From Klebsormidium nitens (Eukaryota > Plantae > Klebsormidiophyceae): a DNA stretch of 64,000 nucleotides. The translations under genes were made by a program, and so were the position numbers. Shown piece by piece: positions 1 to 13,818 of this stretch; the first letter of the stretch is position 1, and every line of letters starts with the position of its first letter. The stretch lies in the NCBI GenBank assembly GCA_000708835.1, contig DF237117.1, positions 62,001 through 126,000 of the forward strand, given 5' to 3'. The notes beneath the pieces are model-generated. The model worked only from the letters and a program-made list of their open reading frames with translations. It was not told where the DNA came from and searched no databases.

Positions 1-3000
1 TCGAGTTCGATCAGTTTGCTCTCGTCTTGGCAAGCCCGGCTTGTTAATTGAGAAGCAAAGAGCTCCATCAGCCGATCCAATTCAAGGCTTTCACACCCCT
101 TCTAGCGCCGTTGTGTGTTTTGCAGCATGGGTTCCGAAAAGAACTCTTACTGCGAAAAGAAAGACGTACCCTGACTCTTCGTATCCGTTTGCCCCTACTG
201 TCTCTTCGAAGTAGGGTTTGATCTTTTTTTAGATGATTCTCAAGAAGAGTTTTGAACGGATATCCAGGCTCTCCATAAGAAGCTTCTTTTTCAAGATGCT
301 TCTCTCAACTTTGAGCTTTCCGCCGTATTCACCGCTTTATGCTCTTGCTCCCTTCATCGCCCCTCATCACTCATCTCAATCAAAATTTTGTCTCGTGTCG
401 GGACAGGAAGCAAACCCTCCGTCAAACGGTCCCATTCGACCGGGGAAGTGAGGACGCCAGAATGAAGCTCTGAGGCAATCCACCGGGGAAGAAGCAGAAA
501 CGACGTCGAGGTCAGCAGATTCTCATACCAGGTCATAGCTTGCAGTCACCGGGATCCGATGGCTTTTCTACGCCAGGCGAGGACGTACAGGGGAAAAGCG
601 CACGAACAGTGCGAGATTAGCTACTCTTTTGCCGAGTCACAAAATCGGGCTCAGAAGAGCATGGGCGAGTCATTTTCACTTGGAGAACGTGCGGCCGCTT
701 TTCGATGCAACGAGCCCCCTTCAGTAACTTCGGTTCCTACGTTTCGTGGAGTCTCCTCTGTAACAGCCGAGCCTACAAGCAATAGTCCTGTCCAAATGCA
801 TCTTATAGTACAATAGACCGGTAGCTGTGAGCACTCACAACTTCAAGTCGCTCTACCGGGGGGTGGCCAAGCTGACGTCAGCTACGCCGAATCGCTGAGA
901 ATCTCTGGGCCCTGCTCGCGCGCGCTTTACAGGCTCGCGGCCAATTACCATCAGACAATTTCACACCTCGTAGTGCACCGCCTCCGGAACCCGAAGTGAC
1001 TCCACCTACAGGAAGGTGTAAACGTGCACCAGTGTGTCGTCTCTCTTCGCTGTTATGATATGCTCTCGATGTAACTTTCTTAGCTCGAACGCTTTGGTCG
1101 AGCATTACTGCAAAATGCGCTTTCAGTTGACGCTCTCCCAAAAATGCGAAGCGTATATTTGGCACCATCAGGCCTTTAGCTCGTCGAATGGAGACGAAAT
1201 GTCGAGCTTGCAGTCTGGCCCTGTAATCTGGTTGTTGCCTGACGTCACCTTGAATGAAACTAGTTGAAGAAGGTCATCAAATTGAGTCTGCCGGGCTTAT
1301 CAAAGTCTCTGGCTTCTCTGCTTACAAACTCACTCATCGCAAACTCTCATCAATAATTGCTCTGGCACCAATCTTTGAACCAAGCGAACAATGATGAACT
1401 AGACACAGAACCAATTTCGACAGCTGGCTTCTCACAACTACTGTAAGTATTGATATTCTTCGGAAACGAAAAGATTCGAGGCGACATCAGTTGCTGAATG
1501 GCCCACTCTGATTGTCAAATTTCCAACATACTGCTTTACGTCTTATGTGTGAATCTGACTGGGAATGGGCTGCAGGAGAGGAATAACGGCATCGCTTATG
1601 ACATTGACTCAGTGCAATTCTGATACTTCAATGGCCAGCCGCTGTATTGTGGCACAGGAGGCTTCTGTGTTGCATTTTAATAAAATGTGCTGATTCGTTT
1701 CACCTTTGCACCAGTGCACTGGGCGGTAGTGCTCGATGCCCTGTGATCGGCCCAGTGAAATATGCTCAGTGTGCTCATCAGTCTAGCCACTGTACCCTAG
1801 CTAGCTTAACAGCAGCCTGGCCCATGGGCCGACACTTACTTCGTGTAGCTAGCAAATATGATCAAAGAAGTCTTGAGTAGTGAAGATTAGCGACCTGGTG
1901 TTGATGGTGTTGCGCGTTGCATAAAGCAGTAGGAACCCAGCAGTATTCTTCTACAAGCCTTCAAAGGCTTGAAAGATTCAGACTTCCCTAGTGTAATTGG
2001 GCATCTACGTTGCAGACGTTGGAACGTCGTGGTCTTTCTTCGTGTGGCACAGCCAGCCTATTATTACTGTAGTTAGGCCGCTAGCTGGTGCGCCGGCGCC
2101 CGGGGGAGCCTCAAGGCTGGGCTGCTTGGGTAGCTCGCCGCCCGGGTTGTATTACGGTGCGTCTGACCACATGGATGATTGGCATCATCATTGCGGATAC
2201 GGAAAACAGATTCTCGGCCGCTGCTCGCTTCGGAAGGGAGGCTTCATGGACCATCTTCACCGTTCGCGGATGACCATCGACGGTTTCAAACCGCGGGCCT
2301 GCTGGGCACTTTGAAAAGCGCCCGATCACGTGGACCACATGGTAGAATCGGAAGTCGCCGGGACGCCGCATCTCAAGCTGAAGCTTTATTCTCGAAACCA
2401 GCCTGCCCAAATTTTAGACCAGTGGCAGAAGAATACGTGCCTCGGTCAGGCGGAAATTGGGGGCATCCCTAGCCCAGTTCTTGAGTATATTTTCTGTCTT
2501 TTCCTGCCCTTCTCGAACCTCAAAATCACGAGCTGTCCTAACGCGTTTCTAGATCTTCATGGCGGGCGTAGCACTGCAGAAGCGCCACCAAGACCGTGAC
2601 TGCATGGCTTCTGTAGTCCTAGGCCAAGTCAATGTTGCACGCCTGTTATTTCAGGAGATGGGGCCGCCCCCATGCAGCCTTCAAACTCCTAGATTCCTGG
2701 TGAAATATCTCCGACTCCTTGTGCAAGGGTTTCTCCGTCACGACGGGTGGAAGACGCCTGCAAATATTGGTTACACTTTGGTTGGCGCAATCCTGCGACA
2801 ACAGGAAATCCTCATTTCAGGGCCACCCATCCAAAGTTTGGGCGATCGGCCACTTGAAGAAGATGCAGAAGCTGATTGGGCTAAAACAAGAAGCAGCCTG
2901 GTGGTACTGATCTTATAGAGAAGCTCGCAGGATCCGCAGAATACTCTCAGGTCCAATGACACGATCTCCATATTGTATCATAGTTGGCCTCAGCAGCCGA

Positions 3001-4465
3001 AAGAAACAAAACAAAGCGTCAATTGTCACCTGAGAAACCTGTTCAGTCAGGTTTGCAGCAGCTCTAGAACCTTGTGATTGCGCCAGCTTTGAACGTGTTG
3101 GGATTGTTGTGCTGAAGCCCGGTGATTGAGTGTCCGTCATCTAAGTTGCCTTCTCAAATTAAGGCAGCTGTTTTCTGCGAAGTGGCAGCGCCCCTGGATC
3201 AAAGTGTGGTGGCAATACAGGGGGTTCGTACCCCTCCAACTTGGGAGCCACTCCGCCTGCCAGACTCAGTAATTGAGCTCGGGTGAGGTTCAGGTTTCAA
3301 ACCTATCAAACTCGATTAATCTGCTTACATTCATCAGATGCAATAAGCAGGTGCCCATCAAAATCTTAATATGCTCAAGGCCGCTGTTTCACCATGATGC
3401 TGACAATTCTGGGTCGCGCGCACAAGATAAGCACACTCTGGAATATTCTGTTCTAATCCGGAGTTGCCGTTTTACTTCAAAAGTCACATGGGCTCTGGTC
3501 TCACTTTTGCCTCTTCCTGTGGGGCCCCTTGAGAAGCTGACCGACAATTGAGGTTGCCCTGTGAAGAAATTTGGATTTATGTTTTGGATTGTCCTCTGGA
3601 TCAGCCTCCTCCAAAGTAAGGACCAAAAAAATCTGCATCTATCTTTTGGACTCTCTTTTGGAGCAAGCCTCCTCCAATGTGCCTCATTTTCACCACCTTT
3701 CTGAAAGCTAGGATGGAAATGCACTGCCATTTTACAAAACTCATAACTGATCTAATGCAGCACAAAATAAGCTTTCCAAATTCTGTCACCTGCTTTGACA
3801 TCTGAGGCAGTGACATTCGCAGCTGCGCCTGACACCAAAGGAGACAGTCAATTGCAGTAGGAGGCTGGGTCCTGGTCTGGACTTTTACCGGTCACCTTCT
3901 TTTGCCCCCTAGGCATTCTTAAGGTCAGTCTCACCCTCTCACACCCCTTTCCCCCTTGGATATAGACGAGCTACTTACATGTTATGTGGAGGAATCAAAG
4001 TAGTGAGCACCCAAGACTGGTGCCAGCACAATTAAAGCTTGGTGGCTTTCTTCGATCACACTGAGAATGATGAGATTGAAGAAGTATTCTCGTTTGTTGA
4101 TTGAAGTATGTGCCCCTTGCTGATGCGGGCAACTTTTACCTTGTCACTACCATGAGCCCCATTCAAAAGTGGCGCCAGTCGCAGCCACAATTGACCCCGA
4201 GTAACCGGCAGAAGTAGGAGACCCGATTCCAACCATATCCCCAGTCTACCGCTAATCCATCTTGTGTAGCTTTCTCCTAATTGGTGACAGCGTTATGCCA
4301 AGCGATGCGAAACGGCGCCGGTCACAGATGGATCTGGGCCCTTCGCTTATTACAACAAGGAAAGCAACACCTAGTATTTCTCAGAATTAGAAGACCGACA
4401 CGGAACGAGTACCTACCTCCCAGCTCATCACCAACCCAGCTTGTGCGCTTTTCTTCTTCTGATAG

Positions 4466-4958
4466 ATGACAGCTTTTGCCAAGCGGTTCACATTGGCGCC
4501 TGTCACGAACGGGAAAGTGGACCCGCCTCTGAACATCAACGAGAATAAAAGCTGACTTTTCGGAAGAAGAGAGAACCTGGTTCGAACAATTCCAACCCAC
4601 CACTACCCCATCTCGTGATTGTCTCTCTTAATAGGTCCAGCTAAGCAAGTTAAATTGCGCCGGCCAGAGACAGCCCTCCCATAGACTACAACGAGGACAT
4701 TAACAACTGAGTTCCCAGCGGAAGATAGAAACCGGTTTGAACACCTCCAACCCATCACTAACCCATCTCGAAGCTAGTTTTTCGATAGGTGAAAGCTAAG
4801 AAATGGCGCGCGCTGCGGACGAAGAAGTAGGCCCGCCTCTGAACTACAGCGAGGATAATAACACCGAGCATGTCCCAAAAAGAGGATCCCCGATCCGAAT
4901 GAATTCTCGTGTCCCAGCCCACCGGGAACCCATCTCAAACAGAATTTCCTCCTCACAG
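4466..4958 (+). repeat. Tandem echoes of ClC 5'UTR acceptor + first coding exon start (3 copies)
   Basis: Copies start after AG at 4466, 4635 and 4789; real exon start 4959. The 4789 copy encodes MARAADEEVGPPLNYSEDN vs real MAPAADEELGPPLNYNEDN. Confidence 0.75.
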
Positions 4959-4987
4959 GTGTCAGCTTTTGCTGAGCAGTATTCGAC

Positions 4988-7900
4988 ATGGCGCCTGCTG
5001 CCGACGAAGAATTGGGTCCTCCTCTGAACTACAACGAGGATAACGACACCGAGTATCCGGCGGACGCTGACGACATGGGCCGAACGGAACCGCTGCTGAA
5101 GCTCCACGGCACGCAGGAGCACCCACGCATGCTCTCGTCATGGCGGGACATGTTTGGGGAGTGAGTTTCATCAATATTCAAGTCGACAGTTCTGGATGTT
5201 CAGAGGCTTGTTGAAGACTTTGGAGTTGTAAGATACTAGTATCGAAGCCTAGGATTCTGGCCGCTGCTCTCATATTTAGGCCCCGCAAAACTACACCATC
5301 AATCTGTCTGATCGGCTGGCCGCAAGTTCTGCGGATGTGGCCCGTACTGGCGATTATATCTCTGGGTCCCGGAAATCTCAGGCATGAAAGTCAGCAGAAA
5401 CAGTGCTGACGACGTGATTGTCAAGACCCATATAAGTAAAGGGGCCAGTGGCCACTTGTAAACGGGCACAGATGAGTGCATCTCGAGCGGCATATAAAAC
5501 GGCTCATCCCTGTCTGACGGCGCTTCTTGACTGCTAGCAGAATTAGGCTAGCGAGAACGATGACATCATTTTAAGCCCGAACCTTCATTCTGTGGTATTC
5601 ACAAGTTTGACGTCGGTGCCTTAAAGGATTCATTCCTTTGCACAAAAACCACATTCGCTGTCCAAAAGCAGGAGCCGAGAAGAGATGCGAGAAACGAGTG
5701 GTCAACCCGAAATGAAGTGCAACCCACTCGACGTTAAAGTGATCAGCACGTTCCATGAACGTTCACGGACATAACCTCTTTTATCGAACGCAAGAAAGAT
5801 AGAGAAGCTAAGGGAATGAGTAAGGTAACCGCTCTAGGACGGGTAGGGTCGGTCTGGGGATCTGATAAAGGTGGAAAGGGGTGCGGAGCGGGCACATATT
5901 CTTAGTTTAGGGTTCCAGCGTCAGTTGCAGCTTAATCGTATCCTAGCTTGTTATTGCTTTCGTTGAGCCTCAAAACAACGTCCTTTTGCAGGGGCGACTC
6001 CCACACTTCCAAGGTTGCGGCGGGCATCGTGGTGGGCGCTGTGAACGCCATGGTGGCTACGCTGTTCTATTTCCTTCTGGAGGGATCCCTCTTCACCGTC
6101 TGGGAGTGGATCCCTGAGCACATATGGGCGCCTCTTGTTGGGGACCACTTTTGGTTGCGACACGCTTACACGGTCCTGGTGCCAACAGGTAAGTATCGAA
6201 TCGAACGAGTCAGGTTCAGCCAAAAGCTACACGCCAGACTCGCTTTTTCGACTTTTGACGTCCGGAACCACTGGAGGCATTCCCCTGTGGCTGGTTGATG
6301 ACCTGCCGAGAGGTTTCATAACCGCAAATCTTAACGTTGCAACAACACAGTATGCCCCAATGCTTTAGCGACTGGCTATGAGCCTACATTATACGATTGT
6401 TTATCCTTCACGCTGAGAACAGCCCTTACCAATTCAACTCTCACAAGTCACTCATGATCTCCTCTGCGAAAGTTTCGCGTTCTTTCTGATCACCAGTCGA
6501 ACTATGTCGTCTTTGTCCTGTTGGCATGCAATAGAAACCGGCTCGGATCGCTGAGAAGCTCTAGTTTCTAAGCTCTGAGATGCAAGCCTCCGACAAATTC
6601 TCGGGCACTTCCCGTTTTCTGCTTCGAAGACGTTCGAGCGCCGATTCGTCGTGTCAGTTCGCCGTCCCATCTCGACGTTCGCAAGAAAAAGCAGTCTTTC
6701 CCTTTTGGCTTCCTTCTCGCGCATTTTGGACACTTTGACCGGAGTCCGAGAGAAAAACGTTCACTCTGTATCTCGTGCAGTCCGCGATCTTGACGTGGGG
6801 CTCTCGCTGCTATATTCGCCGCGCCAATCCGTCGTAGCAGTCCGCCGTCGTTCGGTCAAACTCTCGCAAGAAAGCCATTTCCCCCTCTGCTCTTCCTATC
6901 GCACCAAGCAACTTCAACCAGATTAATCTCAAAGCAACCGTTTACTCTATTTCTTCCAGACCTGGGTCTCGGCGCGGGGCTCTATCTGCTATTCGTAGGC
7001 TATCCCTGTGCGTCAGTCCGCCGTCTTCCATTTATAGTCTCACCAGAACTCTAAATTTCTCTGCCCTTCCCTTCCAACCAAACTTTGAAAGCAAGTGACC
7101 ACTCCTGTGTATTTTACAGTCCTGGGTCTCGGCGTGGGGCTCTCGTTGCTTGACGTGGGCTGACCATCATAACAGCTCGCAGCTTTTTGCCATCCTTTAC
7201 TTCGAATTGCCAGAAAACAGATTCCTGTCTGCTCTCATGCCCTGGGCTGCCCTTCCCCCCCCCCTAAGGGAGGGAATGCAACTAAAGTTGAAAAAGAGCC
7301 CCAACCACTCCCTTGATTCCTGCAGTCCTCGGTTTGGGCGTGGGCCTCTCTTGGCTCAATTCGAAGCTCAAATCCTTCAGATCATTCTGCTCCGTCATCA
7401 CAATCTCGCAGAAACGGATCCTTTTCCCCTCTGCTCTTCTGTTCCACGACTTGCTCGTCCAGACTTCACACTGAGGTCGAACCCATGTTCTGTATTTTAC
7501 AGTTCTCGGTCTCGGCGTGGGGCTCTCTCTGCTTTACGTCGGCTATCCGGGCGACCTCCCGTTCATGGTCTACTGCGTGCATCACGGCGGGCAGATCCCC
7601 CTCAAGCACTTTGTCCCCATGCTAGTTTGCGCGAGCGTTTCGATCACCGGAGGGGGGAGCCTAGGGCCGGAAGCGCCTATTGTCCTCATGTGTGGCTGGT
7701 AAGCACACTGTATTTCCCTTCTTGCTGCCCAAAGTGATCCAATCAGATTCCAGTACAGCGGTGGCTTGATTTTATGATGGTCGAAAAGGGTGCGAAGAAA
7801 GGCCGGACCGTCGTGTTCTGAACGGATACATCCTTCTTCTTCGTTTTCTCGATCGGTGCACTCTTCATCACTCCCACAATATTTAATGTACAATCGAGTC

Positions 7901-10900
7901 ATGGCCGTTTGAGTTTCAAAAGTCAAATCCCGCTCTTAGGGTCTTCCAAGCTTCACGGTAGGTAGAGAACTGAAAAGTCGAGCAGTGGCTCGCCCCCGCT
8001 TTGGCCCGCATCTTGCTCGCCCTATTGGCAATGGAAGTGACGAGGCAAGTTAATAGAGCCAACAGCGTTCGCTCGAGGTCCGGGCACTGCGTAATCTCAT
8101 ATGATTTTGCAAGCATTGCAAAAGTTCTTGCGTACGTCCGTGTTCGCCTAGCTGGCCAAAGGCTGATGGCTTGCACCGTGGTACGGTCTTTGAAAAGGTC
8201 CGAGACCCTAGCCTTAGCAGGAAAGTTTTAAACATCTGAGAAATGCTTCCTCCCGTGCGACCATACACCTTCGCTCCACTTCCTTTTTCATTCTCAGCAA
8301 AAAGGGCTCGTGCAACACCTAGCGTGACGAGAACAGAAAACAGATAAAGAAGGACAAAAGGTAAGCAACTGTCAAAGTGACACCACCTCGCAGCTTAAGT
8401 TTGGGCAGTTTCGTCAGTCTCTGGGCGAGCCACAAGGGCACGGAATTTGCGCCATGACGCTCGTAGGCATCGCTTTTTGGGAATACGTACACGCTCAAAC
8501 GCCCACAAACAAAACATCTGAAGACCCCAAAAGTTCTAACCCCATCCTTGAATATGCAGCATGGGCCGTCTGGTAGGCCGGTGGCTGGGTCACGAGGGCA
8601 AGATGGTGCGCGCTGAAAGGCTGACGGCATACGCGTTCGAGAAAATCTGAAACCATGGATTTTCTGTTTCAACTTTTTGAAAGGATTGAAATGCTCCTCG
8701 CAGTGTGGGAGGCCTCGTTGGACAATGGCTCGGCCACAAGGACAAACCGATGCGCACTACCACGCTCATGAGATCTAGCGTTCGCCAAAACCTGAAACCT
8801 GAATTGAGAATCATGATTAATAACTAGCTAAGATGCTCCGCGCAGCAGGGGCGGTTTGGTAGGTCAGTGGCTCCGCCACAAAGGCAAGACGATGCGCACG
8901 ACTACGCTCATGGGCATACCTTTCGCAGAGTTGACAGCCCAACGTTTCAAAGAATAGAACTCTGAGATTGTTTGAACTGCTCCTTGCAGTGTGGGCGGTT
9001 TGGTGGGTCAGTGGCTGGGCCACAAAGGCAAAATGATGCGCACGACGACGCTCATGGGAATGGCGTGCGGTTTCGCGGCCTTCTTCGGGGCGCCGCTTGG
9101 GGGCTCCATGTTTGCGCTGGAGGTGCTTCACCGAGTCGGTATGGAGTACTTCGAGAGCGCGACATATGCTGTGCTCGCGGGAACGCTGTGCTGGTGAGCC
9201 GCCTGCCTTCATAAAGCCTAACAAGATGAAACAGCAAAAGGTAGACTCGTGCTGAGGAGTTGTGTCAGCACACGAGTCTGCTTGAGATTGCGGTTCGAGA
9301 GGTCCGTCCTGGTTTCCTGTCTTCGATCGTTAATCAAGAGAAGGTTGGGGACGTTATGTTCAGTCGGCGCTGGCAGGGGATATGACCAAAAAGGGTTGAT
9401 GCATCGATAAAGCTTTGAGCGCAAGAGTGGAAAGCTTCGAGCGATGATTGCTTCTTGCTTGAGCCGCTCGCGGGTATCAATGTTACGCGGCGTGCTTCAC
9501 ACGATCCGAACCAATAAGGAACGCAGAACGCGTGCGAAGAGACAAGTCTGTCGGAAGCTGCGATAGCTGTTTCGAAACTCTGGAACGCCCGCTCTCCTTC
9601 TAGTGCCGTAGGAACCCTGATCCTCTGAAGCTTCAAAGCCTCCCCTCTTCGGAAACCCTGACAGCTTCGGAGTTTCAGCATCTCAACGCCCAAAGTACTG
9701 AATCCGGATCTCCGACTCTTGAGCCCCGTCCCTGCAGTATCATGTACCATTGGACGGGCATGGCAATGGGCAAGACTTGGATACTCCCGACGGCTGTGGG
9801 CCAATCCAATGTGCAAAACCCTTTGACTTTATCGCGTCAAACCCCCAACTCCAAATTGCCAATCTGAATGTCTCGCAGCATTACGTACCACTTTTTGACG
9901 GGCATGTCAACGGGTATCATCTGAAACCACCCCACCGAGGGCACGAAATATGTTCGTACTTCCTGGACCCCTAAAGTTTGAGAACCTCAGAAGTTCCTTG
10001 GTTTTTTGCAGCATTATGTACCATTCACTGACGGGCATGGCAATGGGCAACATTTGGAACTTCCCGACGGATCTCGGTCAACCCAGCATCCACAACCTCA
10101 TGGTCGGAGTCGCGCTCGGCTTCGTTGGAGCCGCCACGTCATACGTCTTCCTCAAGGCACGTGCCTCTAATCAATGTTACCTAGCCTCGGTTAAGCATGG
10201 GTTAGGTTATTCGAATTGTAATGGATGGATTTCTGCCCTGTTCCTAGATGTCGGCAAGCTTGGGTTGACTCAATTCTGCAGATTAACAAAGATCGGGTGC
10301 ACGTTGATGAGCGTAATCAAGGGCAGTGCTGCTTTCGCTTCCCTTTGCGCCTCGGGATTCGAGACAAATCTTGGATCAGCGTGCTTGGTTTGCTGGAGAG
10401 ATTTCCCTTTCTTGCGTTGCACAAGTCCTGCCGTTGCTAAGTTTTCTTCTCCAAGCCATGCTTGCGTTCCCTTATACACGTCTACAATCTGCCGTCAAAG
10501 TCGTCTCTGTGTGAAACTACTTGAGAACCAATGATCTCATTGTCGCTCCAAAGAAGGCGACAATTGTTCTCCTGTTTCATGTTACTTTCCTTGTCCAAGT
10601 CCACACAGATCCACACGGTATATGGCCACGTACTCGTGGCGAGCAGTCCTTTTGGAAAGCTCCAACCTTTCGAAGTCTCTGAGGCGCTTCAATCGGGCTC
10701 CCCCTTACCAAGACTTTCTTCGTATTCTTTGTACTTAGAGAATACTCTTCTCCTATTCATGTGCTTCATCTTCGCAACCCCACATTCTTCTCGCCCTCAC
10801 TCCCTTCTCTTTCCGCCCATGTAAGCGGATCATTTCTTCCTGTCCCTAACTTTCTGACTCTGCGACCATTGCAGGTGCACAAAGTGCTGGGCCACGTGTT

Positions 10901-13818
10901 CGAGTCGCTAAGACTGAAGAAGCACCAACTGATCATGTCAACGGTGGCCGGTTTCTTGCTGGGAGTACTTGCGCTTGTCGTGCCGCACTCCTTCTTCTGG
11001 GGCGAGTTTGGTAAGGCTCCCGCGCTGCTAAACGGGCTTCAAATCAAGCTCACACTTGTGTGTTTACGCATCCAAAGTTCCCACCCACCATCTGCAAGAG
11101 CGGGGCTCTTAGAAATGAAAAGAGCCCGGAAAAGATATAAAAGCCCAAAGTTTTCCTCTCTTGATACAACTTCTCCAATCTATCAAATGGTAGGGTGAGT
11201 GCCTGACGCGATCTCCCGATTCTCGGATGGTCGGCTTGAAAATCATCGGTCTGATGCAGCCCTTTATAACGGTGAAGACATTCGTTCATCCAGCATTCGA
11301 TATTAAGCATGTCGATTGAATGAAACGGAAAACTAGGGTTTAAAACTCTGTTTTTCAGTCCACCAACCGTGCCTTGCCTACCAACTCTTCTCTTTGCTCT
11401 TATCTCGCTTCCCTTTCTGTTGACCTGCATCAACCTGGAACGCGAGCGTTTCCTTTCGGCCCGATTCCTTTGGTTTTCGTTGTCGTTTCCTTTCAGTCCC
11501 CCTTACCTCTCCTTCATGTAGGCTGAAGCCTTTCGTCCACGATTGCCCCTCTTCTGTAGTGTAACTCAGGATCCCTCTGACCCCGGTCCACTTTCGTTTG
11601 GGCCCCCCTTCCATCCAACGTGTTTCTTTCCCCCCTGCAGAGATCCAGTCAATCATCGATCGCGGCGGGGGGCTGCTTCCGCACATTTGGCCCAAGGACC
11701 AGGCCATAGCGTATGACCTGGGAAAGCCGGGGCCAAACCTTATGGTGGCGCTCGTGAAGATGGCTGCCATCTCGGTTACCATCCACGGCGGGTTTAGGGG
11801 CGGGTTTATCTTCCCGTTCTTCCTGACCGGCAGGTAAGAGTCCGCACTTGAAGACCACCGCTTTGCTTTTGAACCCTTTTTTTATCGGCTCAGTGTCATG
11901 GAATCCCTTTCCCAGGAAGAACGGATGTTAGATTTTAGCAAATTTTGCAGCGCTGTCGAGCGGGCCAGACTCGTGTGCGTTCAAGCCTGCACTCACTGAT
12001 TGGTCAACTGCTTGGTCTAAGAGTGCGCGTTACACCTCTGGAAACGAGTCTGGTCAACGTCTTCCAGCGCGCGCGGCCGCACCGGCCGTCCACCTACCCG
12101 ATTCGAGTCAACTTTTGCAACTCAGTTCGAATCAAAACATGCCTTCCAGACACTCTCACACGGTTACTCCCGAGCCGTGAACCCTATAAAGCAGGTGAAT
12201 TTTGCCAAAGGATTTCAGAACTTTAATGGGCTTCTCCTACTTTTCGCAGCGCGGTTGGTCAGGCAATCCCCAGCCTTCACCCGGACGTTGGTTAGCTCTT
12301 GCTTAAATGCCCTTTCCGACGGTCGTTACAAAGGTCAACAGCATAGCTGACATCAAAACCCGCCGTCAAAACCCCTCAATTGCAAGCTTACCGCTCTCAA
12401 GGCCCCCAAGACTTTGAGATCTATAAACCTAAAAGTAGAAGAAAGCCTGACTATTTCCCCCCCTCTTTTGCAGCGCGGTCGGTCAGGCAATCCACTTGGC
12501 GATCCCCAGCCTGCATCCCGTCGTTTGCATGATGGGGGTTGCCTCCGCTCTAGACGTCGCTATCACGCGAACCCCCTGGGCCAGCGCGCTCATCCTTGCC
12601 TGCCTCTCTGGTGAGCCACGTGGCACCATCGCCGACGTAGATTTGGTTGAAGACTTGTCCGTAAAAGTATCCTTGCCTGCCTCTCTGGGGGACGTCGCAC
12701 CGTCTTTGTGTCAAAGGTAGGTAGTACCAATCGACTTAGCCCATGCCATCTTCATGCCCGTTGGAGAATTCGGACGGTGCTTTTCATTGCTTTTATGGAT
12801 TCTAGCGTTGATTAACACAGAGTAGGTTGACCGGAACGTGTTCCTTCAACTCTTGCTTGCATCTGCGGTTAGCCACGTGGCACTATCCGCTGACGCAGAT
12901 TAGGTTGATCGGAGCTTGTGTCTTTCACGTGCTTCTCACTCAGCCCATTGTAGGACCTGGTTATGCACGCTGCCAAGAGGTTCGTGTTTTCTGGAAAGCC
13001 AACATGCGGATTGCCTTCCCAAATTGACTAGTCTCGAGCAGACCTGATTTGGCGGATGGCTTTGGATGGGCCGGTCGAATGTCTTCCGCATCTGGGCGAT
13101 ATAGAACGCACGTCATTGACCCACTTTGACAAAAGCCCAGAGCGTCAGATTTGCGATGTCGCAGTTCAAACGTCAGGGGGTTCGAGCACCGAGAACTGTT
13201 TTACAACTTGAAAGGATTCCAACCGGGAAAGGGTTTCTCAGGCCGCCGGGTTTTCGGTTGCGGCCCCAGAGCGACCGTTAACGACAAGTTTCGTAGACAT
13301 TGAGGGAACGACAATGTGGTAGTAGACCCACTTTGTCCAAACAAGACTCAACCTTTTGACTTGCTTCCAGGCTCTGCTTCTACATCAAAACGACATTTCA
13401 AAGGGTCGATATGTTCAGCTTGATTGGTTCCACTGGACGCCACGAAAATGGGTCCAACGAAAGTGACGTCGAAGCCTCGATGAGTTGACATTAGTCGAAT
13501 GCGGAGCGCGTTTAATGGGTTCGGACTTCCAGTGGACGGTTGTCGTTGCGCTTGCTTTTCATCGAACGGAAACATCTCTGAAGCCCGTGCGTAAACAAAT
13601 GCATGGGACGTATCGAGAACTATTTCCATATGTTGTTCCGTATACTCTATGCAGGCCAGCCGAACGTGCTCCAGCCCGCCGTCACGGCCGCGCTGACCAG
13701 CCTGGTGCTGACGTATTCGTCCAAGTTCCAGCTCATCAAGACGCAGCAGACGCGCCGGTTCTCGGAACCGGAGCCGGAGGACGAGTGGCCGCCGTACGAT
13801 CCGGCCCACGGGGAATAA
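4988..13818 (+). CDS. ClC-family (voltage-gated chloride channel/transporter-like) membrane protein, bacterial-like short form without CBS domains, ~514 aa, 9 coding exons
   Basis: Exons 4988-5160, 5992-6188, 7503-7698, 8990-9193, 10012-10156, 10875-11010, 11641-11833, 12474-12610, 13655-13818 join in phase (1545 nt) with AG acceptors and GT donors (one GC donor at 10157). ClC-type motifs: GSLGPEAP, GFAAFFGAPLGG..FALEV, GGFRGGFIFP, RTPWASAL. Many hydrophobic helices. Confidence 0.85.
6781..7502 (+). repeat. Echo array of ClC exon 3 acceptor + 5' end (4 copies)
   Basis: CAG|TCCTGGGTCTCGGCGTGGGGCTCTC-like units start at 6781, 6960, 7120 and 7326; real exon at 7503. Confidence 0.85.
8390..8989 (+). 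repeat. Echo array of ClC exon 4 5' end (3-4 copies, ~143-bp period)
   Basis: Units at 8560, 8704 and 8846 (weaker one ~8394) encode variants of VGGLVGQWLGHKGKMMRTTTLM; real exon at 8990. Confidence 0.85.
9738..10011 (+). repeat. Echo array of ClC exon 5 5' end (2 copies)
   Basis: Units at 9738 and 9879 resemble CATTATGTACCATTCACTGACGGGCATGGCAATGGGC; real exon at 10012. Confidence 0.8.
11948..12910 (+). repeat. Echoes on both sides of ClC exon 8
   Basis: Acceptor-side GCAG|CGCGGTTGGTCAGGCAATCC at ~12250, with weaker copies at ~11950 and ~12065. Donor-side ATCCTTGCCTGCCTCTCTGG at ~12669 and CTTGCTTGCATCTGCG|GTTAGCCACGTGGCAC at ~12853. Confidence 0.7.

Noticed and set aside
1-4300. Short ORFs and broken coding-like frames (e.g. 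minus 130-350, 2330-2918, 3389-3730)
   Set aside because: No recognisable domain or consistent splice structure; possibly decayed gene or transposon relics, but I cannot support a call.
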